This document shows positions 52,300-62,600 of a DNA stretch of 64,000 nucleotides, one piece after another. The translations under genes were made by a program, and so were the position numbers. The first letter of the stretch is position 1; the number at the start of each line of letters is the position of its first letter. A model generated the notes under the pieces. That model was not told where the DNA came from. It saw nothing but the letters and a program-made list of their open reading frames with translations, and searched no databases. Source of the DNA: Macrostomum lignano (Eukaryota); contig NIVC01002550.1 in the NCBI GenBank assembly GCA_002269645.1, positions 38,119 through 102,118 of the forward strand, read 5' to 3'.

Positions 52300-54860
52300 C
52301 CCTTGACATCCAAGCAATTCCCCTGTGAGCCTTGACATCTCAGCAATTCCCTGTGAGCCTTGAAATCTCAGCAATTCCTGTGAGCCTTGCCATCTCAGCA
52401 ATTCCCTGTGAGCCTTGAAATCTCAGCAATTCCCTGTGAGCCTTGAATCTCAGCAATTCTCCTGTGAGCCTTGCCATCTTAGCCATTCCCCTGTGAGCCT
52501 TGACATCTCAGCAATTCCTCATCACGGCCTTGATATCTCAGCGTCAGCGATTCCCCTGTGAGCCTTAGCCTAGACATCTCAGCAATCCCCCCTGTGGCTG
52601 TGAGCCTTGACATCTCAGCAATTCCCTGTGAGCTTTGCCATCTTAGCCATTCCCTGTGAGCCTTGACATCTCAGCAACCCTGTGAGCCTTGACATCTCAG
52701 CAATCCCACTTGTGAGTGCCTTGACATCTCAGCAATTCCCCTGTGAGCCTTGACATCTCAGCAATTCTCCTGTGAGCCTTGCCATCTCAGCAATCCCTGT
52801 GAGCCTTGAAATCTCAGCAATTCCCTGTGAGCCTTGCCATCTTAGCATTCCCCTGTGAGCCTTGACATCTCAGCAGATTCCCTGTGAGCCTTGAACATCT
52901 CAGCAATTCCCTGTGAGCCTTGACATCTCAGAAATCCCCCCCCCTGTGAGCCTTGACATCTCAGCAATCCCCCTGTGGCTGTGAGCCTTAACATCTCAGC
53001 AATTCCACCCGTTAGCCTTGACATCTCAGCAATCCCCCCCCCCTGTGAGCCTTGAAATCTCAGCAATTCCCTGTGAGCCTTGACATCTCAGCAATCCCCC
53101 CCCCCTGTGAGCCTTGACATCTCAGCAATCCCCCCCTGTGAGCCTTGACATCTCAGCAATCCACCTGTGAGTGCCTTGACATCTCAGCAATTCCCTTGTG
53201 AGCCTTGACATCTCAGCAATTCTCCTGTGAGCCTTGCCATCTCAGCAATTCCCTGTGAGCCTTGAAATCTCAGCAATTCCCTGTGAGCCTTGCCATCTTA
53301 GCCATTCCCCTGTAAGCCTTGACATCTCAGCAATTCCCCATCACGGCCTTGATATCTCAGCGTCAGCGATTCCCCTGTGAGCCTTGACATCAGCGATTCC
53401 CCTGTGAGCCTTAGCCTAGACATCTCAGCAATCCCCCCTGTGGCTGTGAGCCTTAACATCTCAGCAATTCCACCCGTGAGCCTTGACATCTCAGCAATCC
53501 CCCCCTGTGAGCCTTGACATCTCAGCAATCCCCCCCTGTGAGCCTTGACATCTCAGCAATCCCCCCCTGTGAGCCTTGACATCTCAGCAATCCCCCCTGT
53601 GAGCCTTGACATCTCAGCAATCCCCCCCCTGTGAGCCTTGACATCTCAGCAATCCCCCCCCTGTGAGCCTTGACATCTCAGCAATCCCCCCCCCCTGTGA
53701 GCCTTGACATCTTAGCAATCCCCCCTGTGAGCCTTGAAATCTCAGCAATTCCCTGTGAGCCTTGACATCTCAGCAATCCCCCCCTGTGAGCCTTGACATC
53801 TCAGCAATCCCCCCTGTGGCTGTGAGCCTTAACATCTCAGCAATTCCACCCGTGAGCCTTGACATCTCAGCAATCCCCCCTGTGAGCCTTGACATCTCAG
53901 CAATCCCCCCCTGTGAGCCTTGACATCTCAGCAATCCCCCCCTGTGAGCCTTGACATCTCAGCAATCCCCCCTGTGAGCCTTGACATCTCAGCAATCCCC
54001 CCCCCCCTGTGAGCCTTGACATCTCAGCAATCCCCCCCCCTGTGAGCCTTGACATCTCAGCAATCCCCCCCTGTGAGCCTTGACATCTCAGCAATCCCCC
54101 CCCCTGTGAGCCTTGACATCTCAGCAATCCCCCCCCCTGTGAGCCTTGACATCTCAGCAATCCCCCCCTGTGAGCCTTGACATCTCAGCAATCCCCCCCC
54201 CTGTGAGCCTTGACATCTCAGCAATCCCCCCCTGTGAGCCTTGACATCTCAGCAATCCCCCCTTGTGAGCCTTGACATCTCAGCAACCCCCCCCCTGTGA
54301 GCCTTGACATCTCAGCAATCCCCCCCCTGTGAGCCTTGACATCTCAGCAATCCCCCCCTGTGAGCCTTGACATCTCAGCAACCCCCCCCTGTGAGCCTTG
54401 ACATCTCAGCAATCCCCCCCCCTGTGAGCCTTGACATCTCAGCAATCCCCCCTGTGAGCCTTGACATCTCAGCAATCCCCCCTTGTGAGCCTTGACATCT
54501 CAGCAATTCCACCCGTTAGCCTTGACATCTCAGCAATCCCCCCCTGTGAGCCTTGAAATCTCAGCAATTCCCTGTGAGCCTTGACATCTCAGCAATCCCC
54601 CCCCCTGTGAGCCTTGACATCTCAGCAATCCCCCCCTGTGAGCCTTGACATCTCAGCAATCCCACCTGTGAGTGCCTTGACATCTCAGCAATTCCCTTGT
54701 GAGCCTTGACATCTCAGCAATTCTCCTGTGAGCCTTGCCATCTCAGCAATTCCCTGTGAGCCTTGAAATCTCAGCAATTCCCTGTGAGCCTTGCCATCTT
54801 AGCCATTCCCCTGTGAGCCTTGACATCTCAGCAATTCCCCTGTGAGCCTTGACATCTCAA
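52300..54860. repeat. ~26-32-bp satellite (CCTGTGAGCCTTGACATCTCAGCAAT + variable polyC), 2.5 kb
   Basis: Tandem array with duplicated variant blocks. Confidence 0.96.
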
Positions 54861-55019
54861 GCAATTACCCTAAGAGCCAGAGCATTTTTGCAATGGCCCT
54901 CATACGCCACAAATCCATATACTAAAAATCAAACCTGAACTTGTATTTCTAATATAATTTCTATACAATCACTGACAGCAACTCATATTGATCGATTGAT
55001 GCTAAAATAGACAGCAGCC

Positions 55020-56769
55020 ATGTCGAATTTCTTTGTCAACATCGCCGACAAGTTTGAGGCGATGAGCAATGTTGTAAAGCAGCAGACCACAGGCTCAGGC
55101 GCCGGTGGTAGCAGCAGCGCCAGTTCAACTGGCGTCAACAGTCGCTGCAACGACTGTCGCGGCCAATTCGCCACTCTGTTTCCAAAGCGTCAGCGTTGCG
55201 CAATCTGTCGTTATTATTTCTGTCGTACCTGCGTGGGCAATGTACCAGTGAGTGGCAGAGTGCAGCTGGGCTCCGCTCTGCCACTTCGAGACGCTGTTAG
55301 TAATACGGTTGTGCCAGCCTGCTCTCGTTGTCGGTGTTCTCTAATCCGAATTTCACTTACGAACAATTGATGCGGCTACGAGTTAGGGATCTGTTCTGGT
55401 TTCTGCAGCGGACTGGCACGCAGAATGACGAGCTGCGAGGCTTGAAAGAGAAGAATCAGCTGGCCGATTTGGTGATGGACAGGTTCGGCAATGTCGAGTA
55501 CCGGCGGGCCCGGGCGGATGAGAGGCGGCACCAGCACGAGAGGCTGGCTCAGATGGCGTCGAATATGGAGCAACTGGCCGGTGGCGCCCAGAGACAGGTT
55601 AGATTGCAGCAGAGATGGTTCAGTAGTTCCCTAATATGGTCATTGGTTAGATTGCAGCAGAGATGGTTCAGCAGTTCCCTATTATGGTGATTGGTTAGAT
55701 TGCAGCAGAGATGGTTCAGCAGTTCCCTAATACGGTTATGAAACAGTATGTATATGGGGTTTCAATCACGCATGCTTTAATCTGATCTGTTTAAACAATC
55801 TTTTTTGGACAGCAACAACAACAAACTGCTTCTACGAGTACAAGTCAGCGTGAAAATCAACATCAACCAGAAGATTCCCATGCTCAACCACCGGAAGCTG
55901 CTCAACCACCGGAAGCTGCTCAACCACCGGAAGCTGCTCAACTACCGGAAGCTGCTCAACCACCGGAAGCTGCTCAACCACCGGAAGCTGCTCAACTACC
56001 GGAAGCTGCTCAACCACCGGAAGCTGCTCAAATACCGGAAGCTGCTCAACTACCGGATGCTGCTCAACCACTGGAAGCTGCTCAACTACCGGATGCTGCT
56101 CAACCACCGGAAGCGATGGAACGGTCGACAGACACCCTGTCGCAGTCGTCCATCCCGAATGTACCGCGCGCCACCGTATCCGGGTTTACCGCCAGAAGCT
56201 GCCGCCGCTGCTGCAGACGAGGATAACAATGCGGCAAATACTGACGATGAGGACATCGAGATGGCTCAGGACGCGGCTGCGGAAGCGGCTGCAGCGGATC
56301 TGCTGGCCGCTATGGAGGCCGCTGAAGTAGCTGCCGCTATTGAAGAAGCGGAAGCGGCCTCCTCCTCAGCAGCAGCCGCCGCCCCTGCCGCTCCCGCAGC
56401 GTCGTCTCACTCGGAGGTGACCAGTCTGGATCAAGTTGCCAACGAATCGGATTTGGATAAGCTAAGCGTTCGCGAGATTAAACAACTGCTAGTGCGCAAC
56501 TTTGTTGACTATCGCGGCTGTTTAGAACGGCTGAACTGCTGGAGCGACTGCGCAGGCTGTACAGAGAGCATGCCGTGTCTAAACAGGCTGTCCTGCATGA
56601 CGAATTGGCCGACTCTGACCTGTGCAAGATCTGCATGGACGCGGCCATAGACTGTGTGCTGCTGGAGTGCGGCCACATGGTCACCTGTGTGCAGTGCGGC
56701 AAACAGTGCTCGGACTGTCCCGTGTGCCGGCAGTACGTTGTAAGGGTTGTGCGAACTTTTAAGTCTTGA
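55020..56769 (+). CDS. RNF34: RNF34/RFFL (CARP)-like FYVE-RING E3 ubiquitin ligase; three apparent frameshifts
   Basis: FYVE-like CNDC...CAICRYYFCRTC...CSRC; QLMRLRVRDL SAP-like motif; LSVREIKQLLVRNFVDYRGC; RING CKICMDAAIDCVLLECGHMVTCVQCGKQCSDCPVCRQYVVRVVRTFKS*. Exons 55020-55597 and 55813-56769. The frame breaks at ~55333, ~56168 and ~56529, so this is either assembly error or a young pseudogene. Confidence 0.85.
55597..55735. repeat. 48-bp x3 repeat spanning the RNF34 exon-1 donor
   Basis: Unit GGTTAGATTGCAGCAGAGATGGTTCAGTAGTTCCCTAATATGGTCATT. Confidence 0.85.
55870..56115 (+). repeat. Coding 18-bp repeat (AQPPEA x ~13) within RNF34
   Basis: GCTCAACCACCGGAAGCT repeated in the phase-0 frame that follows the acceptor at 55812. 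Confidence 0.85.
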
Positions 56770-57039
56770 ACAATTCTTTGTTTGTTTTTTTGGTTTATTT
56801 CCCATTATAAAAACTCTTTTCGAAATTTCTTATTCAGAGTAATCTTCATATTTTGCGTCCTGTAAAATTAAAATTAAACAGTATATTATTATTTTGTTGT
56901 TGTTGCTTTTATAACCTATGCCACAAATCATTTTAAGTCAACTATTGAGCGGCATAAAGCATCGCTCAACTGTGCTGTACTACTGTTAGTAGCAACCGTA
57001 AGTGTCCGGTATCTAAGAAAAATTTCTTTTGCTATGGAA

Positions 57040-57310
57040 CAGCTTTGTATCCAGAGTAAACATCCGTTGGTATGCAACCACTTGGTATCCAGGGTAAACA
57101 TCTGTTGCTATGCAACTACTTGGTATCCAGGATAAACATCCGTTGCCATGCAACTACTTGGTATCCATGGTAAAAATCCGTTGCCATGCAACTACTTGGT
57201 ATCCAGGTTAAACATCCGTTGCTATGCAACCACTTGGTATCCAGGGTAATTGGGTAAACATCCGTTGCTATGCAACCACTTGGTATCTAGGGTGAACAGC
57301 CGTTGCTGTG
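57040..57310. repeat. 38-bp minisatellite containing GTTGC(T/C)ATGCAAC
   Basis: About 7 tandem copies 3' of RNF34. Confidence 0.9.
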
Positions 57311-58199
57311 CATTGTAGTGTAAAATAGTCCGCAATGTTGTTTTTTGCAAATTTCTTAATATTTTTCCAAGGCAACTGGCCGTTTTCAAGTTTTTGGTTT
57401 TATTATTTTAACAGCGGTCTGAATATGTGACCCCATATTATTATTTAAATATTGCGACATTATTTTTTCGCTGTAAACCTTGCCTGTCCTTATAGTTGTG
57501 TTCCCTTTATTATTTAAGTTATAAATAAACTGTTTACTCGAAATAGCACTTCTGTAACCTTTGCCTATATTTACAAGCTAATAATGTCTTATTTTAATTT
57601 TGCAGTATTCAATTAATTGTAATGTTCAAATAGAGTTTCTGAGATTGGGATTCTGAGACTGGAGACGGGGATTCTTGGAGATGTAATTCTGAGATAGGAA
57701 AGCATAAAAATTTTTGGCCAAATATGGATGTACTTTTATGTCGTGCTCTCGTAGTTATATTTTTTGTGATCTTTCTCCAGTGTTTGGCCACGAAATTTAA
57801 GATGATTAAAATTGACTTCATTACTTTCTATTATCTGTTCAAACATGGTGTTGGGTTTTATTTTTGTCAACTTTTCTGTGAGAAAATTATAATTTGTCTC
57901 TTTAGTTTTGTCACAACCAATATTATATCTACACTGGTCGCAGTAGTAGCACTTTTGATAGAAAAAAGCTAAAAACGGTGCAACTTCTAAGCAGTCGCAG
58001 TAATCTCCCGTCTGTCTGTCCATTATTTAATAATTGCAAGCATTAAAACAGATAGTAATAATTACAAGCCTAATTACCAAATACATTCAGTACATGCACG
58101 GTAATAGCATGCATCGGGCTTTTGTAAAATTTGTTTGTAACTTTTAATTCTCAGACTACAAGTAAAAATTATTAGCGTGTTTGTTTTCTATTTTAATTA

Positions 58200-58580
58200 A
58201 CTGTACTCTTCCTATCTCTGTCTGCACCACCCACCCCAATATACACACTCCCTACCTCTGTCTGCACCACCCACCCCAATGTACACACTCCCTACTCCTG
58301 TCTGCACCACCCACCCCAATATACACACTCCCTACCTCTGTCTGCACCACCCACCCCAATGTACACACTCCCTACCCCTGTCTGCACCACCCACCCCAAT
58401 ATACACACTCCCTTCCCCTGTCTGCGCCACCCACCCTAATGTACACACTCCCTACCCCTTGTGTACACACTCCCTGCCCCTGTCTGCACCACCCACCCCA
58501 ATGTACACACTCCCTGCCCCTGTCTGCACCACCCACCCCAATGTACACACTCCTGCCCCTGTCTGCACCACCCATTCCAA
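58200..58580. repeat. 40-bp minisatellite upstream of RPP30
   Basis: Unit CTGTCTGCACCACCCACCCCAATGTACACACTCCCTACCC. Confidence 0.92.
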
Positions 58581-58638
58581 TGTACATCGTCATCGGCATT
58601 GTCACATAAAAACTCTATATACTACTTGTCACTTATTT

Positions 58639-60494
58639 ATGCCGCAGTCAAATCGTTATTACGACCTGAACCTGCTGGACAGGCAGGAGGCCATGGTGGC
58701 TCGTAGCCAAAATCTCGGCTATTCGCACCTGGCATTCGCTTCGGTGCACACCAACATCAAAGTTCCACCGCCGCCGCCCTCACCTCTGCCAACAGCGGCT
58801 GGATCTTCTGGTTCCGGTAGGCTATGGCGAATGAGTATATCAGAGAGCATATCGAAGGTCCTAGTGGTGAAGCTTTAGTGCTGTTGAACTTTGTTTTAAA
58901 GGGTACGGATATTTTTTATAATGAAGATAAAATTGAAGTTAAGTTCAGTGAGTCAAAGTTCCTGAGGTGTGAAGTTAGGTGACTCAAACTTCCTGAGGTG
59001 TGAAGTTAGGTGACTCAAAGTTCCTGAGATGTGAAGTTCAGTGACTCAAAGTTCCTCAGGTGTGGAGTTCAGGGACTCAAATTTCCTCAGGTGTGGAGTT
59101 CAGGGACTCAAATTTCCTCAGGTGTGAAGTTCAGGGACTCAAAGTTCCTCAGGTGTGGAGTTCAGGGACTCAAAGTTCCTCAGGTGTGGAGTTCAGGGAC
59201 TCAAAGTTCCTGAGGTGTAAAGTTTAGTGACTCAAATTTCCTGAGGTGTGAAGTTCAGTGACTCAAAGTTTCTGAGGTGTGAAGTTCAGTGACTCAAATT
59301 TGCAAGAATGCGCAGTGACAGATATTTAAACTTCAAAGCATATTTTCTCCATCAACCACTCCGACTCCAGGCTCTGTGTGGTCCCGCACGGGAAGTCGCG
59401 TATGCCGTCTCACCCTAGCTTTCGGGCCGGAAGTTCAAGAAACCGAGCTGAAGTCCTATTTCCGTCAGCACGCCAAAGAACTGGAGGCCTACGATCTGTT
59501 AGCCGTGCTGCCTAAGAGCCAATCGGCTCTGCACGCCTGCGCAGAGACTCTGCCTGTGGATCTCATCGCTTGCGATCTGGGCTCGCCTAAGTTGGAGACA
59601 TTCTGGTCAGATTTTCGCGACATTCGAACAGCAGTTAGGCGAGGTATTAAGATTGAGGTTAGTTGCGACGCCGGATCATCCGGACACTTGAGAGTGTGGA
59701 GTTGCTATAGGCAGGCTGACAGGCCGACTTAAGCTACTGACAGATAGATATTTAGGTATCTAGAGACACAGACACTAACTCAGACAGACAGACAAATAGA
59801 CAGATAGGTATACAAACAAACACTAAGACAGACATGGAGACATGGACAGGTGGCAGACAGACAGAGACATACAGACAGGCAGGCAGACAGACAGACAGAC
59901 ATACAGACAGACAGACAGACACTAAGACAGACAGACAGACAGACAGACAGACAGCCAAGGCCACCAATCAGAGCCTGTGCCACCCGCCCATCCCCGCAGG
60001 TGTCCCTGCAGCCCATGCTGCACTCGCAGCAGAGCCGCATCCTGGCGGCCACCCTGCTGTTCGAGCTGCTGACCTCGGCCAGGCTGTCCCCAGACGGGCT
60101 GGTGCTCAGCTCGGGCGCTCTCAACCAGTGGGATCTGCGCGACCCGTTCGGTGTCTGCGCCCTGGCCGCGTCGCTAGGCGTGCCGCCAGACAAGACCAGA
60201 GCCTGCCTGTCAGCCAATTGTGAGTCAGCAGTTGAGCACGCGCTAGTCAGACGTAAGACTGCTCACGGCGCCCTGGCTATTGCTCAGATTGCTAAGCTGC
60301 CGGGCGTGAGCAGCGTGCAGCTGGCAGATTCGGATTCTAAGAGATCGTCGGGTAGGAAGCGACCAGCCGCCGAGGAAGCTCAAGTAGATGACGGCATGAC
60401 CGACTTGACGGAGCAGCAGGACCGCCTTATCGACCTGCTGTTGCCGGCAAGACCAAAGAAGAAAAAGAAAAGCGGAGCTGTTGTTCGAATATAG
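58639..60494 (+). CDS. RPP30: Ribonuclease P/MRP protein subunit p30 (319 aa)
   Basis: Exons 58639-58816 (YYDLNL...NLGYSHLA), 59371-59657 (RLTLAF...YDLLAVLPKSQSALHACAETLPVDLI...AVRRGIKIE), 60000-60494 (LVLSSGALNQWDLRDPFGV...KKKKK). Phases are consistent. Confidence 0.9.
58935..59300. repeat. 31-bp intronic minisatellite (GAAGTTCAGGGACTCAAAGTTCCTCAGGTGT)
   Basis: Tandem repeats in RPP30 intron 1. Confidence 0.92.
59740..59955. repeat. (CAGA)n microsatellite-rich tract in RPP30 intron 2
   Basis: Direct tetranucleotide runs. Confidence 0.9.
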
Positions 60495-60761
60495 GGAATG
60501 CCGTGCTACTAAAAGTAGGCAAAGTTTAAATTTTGGTGGGATTTGTTCCTGTGCCAAAACAACAAGTTGTAAAATTGTAACTTTAACAACTTAATAATGA
60601 TTTGCTTGTATTTTTGAAGTATAACCGTTGCTAATTTAGTCTGAACTATGCATTTGTTCCTTTGCGGCCTGTTATTGACTGTGATGAGTCAGTCTTGTTA
60701 CTTATTTTATTTCACTTTTTCCGTTTAGCATTGCTTAAGCTAGGGGAGGTCTTTCCTAACC

Positions 60762-61066
60762 CCTCAGATCATTCAGTGCCTGCTGCCCCTCCCCTCAGAT
60801 CCTTCAGTGCCTGCTGCCCCTCCCCTCAGATCCTTCAGTGGCTGCTGCCCCTCCCCTCAGATCCTTCAGTGCCTGCTGCCCCTCCCCTCAGATCCTTCAG
60901 TGGCTGCTGCCCCTCCCTCAGATCCTTCAGTGGCTGCTGCCCCCCTCCCTCAGATCTTTCAGTGGCTGCTGCCCCTCCCTTCAGATTCTTCAGTGCCTGC
61001 TGCCCCTCCCCTCAGATCCTTCAGTGCCTGCTGCCCCTCCCCTCAGATCCTTCAGTGGCTGCTGCC
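60762..61066. repeat. Minisatellite family B (31 bp), copy 2, left part; resumes at 63868-63899
   Basis: Same unit as 6281-7103; interrupted by the Polinton-derived insertion. Confidence 0.9.
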
Positions 61067-61271
61067 AGTAGTAATAGAAAATTACGTCCATACCCATTTT
61101 TTTCAATTGCAAAACACGTAATAAGGTAACCCGTCAGAAATTTTATTCCGCACATACCTTTATTTTCCTATAAAATCAAGTAGTAAGATACCGAACCAAA
61201 TGGTAGGGTATACAACAGGAATTCTAACTACACTGCACCGCACCCACAAATAATTCAAAAGAAGAAAAGAT

Positions 61272-61889
61272 CTAAATTTCGATCAACCAACCAACTTGTC
61301 CAAAAACGCACTTTCCGTATATTTCTGCATTACAAGAACAGAGGCAACTAATGTGCTGTAAAGCGTCGTAGGCAAAAATACACGCGCCGAAATTCATTTC
61401 TTCGACGAGGCTCACAACCGTTAAAAAGAAGCGAAGGCTACCACCACGAGTCAGTTTGAAATACAAACAAAACAACACCCAAATACCACAATGTCCAGAC
61501 CGAGGATCCTGAATAGCAAATCGGCTGTAGGACCAATTTTGAAAATCCCCACATTCTCGCCCCAACCACCGTCTAATATTTTCCGGCGGATTTAAACCAA
61601 GCGAATCAAAATATTCCCCGACCCTTCGTCCACGGCCCCCCCCCCTAACCCGCCTGCTACTCACCCAAACTGCAACCCAATGCCTACCAGGAAGATTCGA
61701 AGTGTCTGTATTCGCCACAAAGAAATAGTCTTTACCATCTAAAGGTAATTGTCCAAGAGTTCTAATCGAGTCCTGAGGATACACACCCAAAAAGACAACA
61801 CCAAACAATCTCATACATAGAATTGTAATAATTGACCGCAAGAATCTGTCACTGGCACTCTGCAACATGTTCAGATTCACTTCCTCCAT
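61272..61889 (-). CDS. Polinton/adenovirus-type cysteine protease (adenain family), 205 aa, intact
   Basis: FLGVYPQD...VANTDTSNLPGRHWVAVW...EYFDSLG...IQDPRSGHCGIWVLFCL carries the His-Asp-(Gln)-Cys catalytic set in adenain order. Intronless; ATG at 61889. Confidence 0.88.
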   Translation of the reverse strand: MEEVNLNMLQSASDRFLRSIITILCMRLFGVVFLGVYPQDSIRTLGQLPLDGKDYFFVANTDTSNLPGRHWVAVWVSSRRVRGGGRGRRVGEYFDSLGLNPPENIRRWLGRECGDFQNWSYSRFAIQDPRSGHCGIWVLFCLYFKLTRGGSLRFFLTVVSLVEEMNFGACIFAYDALQHISCLCSCNAEIYGKCVFGQVGWLIEI

Positions 61890-62600
61890 GCTGTGCCGGC
61901 ACGACGTCGCGAAGCTCCGTGATCTGCAGCTGCTTGTCAAATAGACCACCGAATATTACATTGTAGACAACGCGCTTGTTGCTTGAGCGAAGCGCAACTC
62001 CAACTTTACATTTCCTTCCTTATAGAGCTGAGCACCATGCACGTTACGTCTACGCAAAAAAGCGAGAAAAGATTCAAAGCCACCTACCATGTCTTTTTAG
62101 CGGTCTGTCTCGGACAACATACTCCGCCTCCGCAGAACTACCCTCTTCGAAAAGAGTTTTTACAAGAGCGTCGTATCTCCTTTTGAATGCCTTCAGAAGC
62201 CGATTTTTGGTGCTTCCTCAACACCAACTCTCGAACAGGACCGCTACTTGGCCCATTTTGCAGTATTCGCCGAGAATTTTCTAGTCTTGTCTTTACACTA
62301 GCATTGCATTCACTACGAATATGGACAAATCCGCCCGAAAGAAAGAACTAGCTGAGCGATATGTGAGAGACGGTAAGCAATTATTGGGCTTTTTGTTTAT
62401 TAAGAAGCTGATCGGGTAGTAATGGGCTGCGTCTTCTCTCTTTGCAGCGTTCAAGAACGGGGTCTTTGCGCGGCCGCCTCCGGGTTATATGTACCCCGAG
62501 AATGTCGCGGTTGCGAGGGCGAATATGCCTTGGCAGTGCAAGCCCTAGGTACTGGGTGGTACCGCTTTTTCTTCGGGAGATGAAGTCTGGAAAACTGACG
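61849..62600 (-). pseudogene. Frameshifted remnant of the Polinton major capsid protein (PY) C-terminal half
   Basis: Successive minus-strand frames give ...AHYYPIS..., LFCVDVT, GNVKLELRFAQ and IFGGLFDKQLQITELRDVV, resembling from memory the Polinton MCP C-terminus (YP; FAFDLT; GNVRLEVRFA; IVYAEFDNLLEID..RNV). The core match is 61900-62075; the upstream part is weaker. Confidence 0.5.

Noticed and set aside
55020-60494. RNF34-RPP30 as a trans-spliced operon
   Set aside because: Same strand but ~1.9 kb apart with intervening repeats; no sequence-only evidence for SL addition, and no SL RNA gene was recognised.
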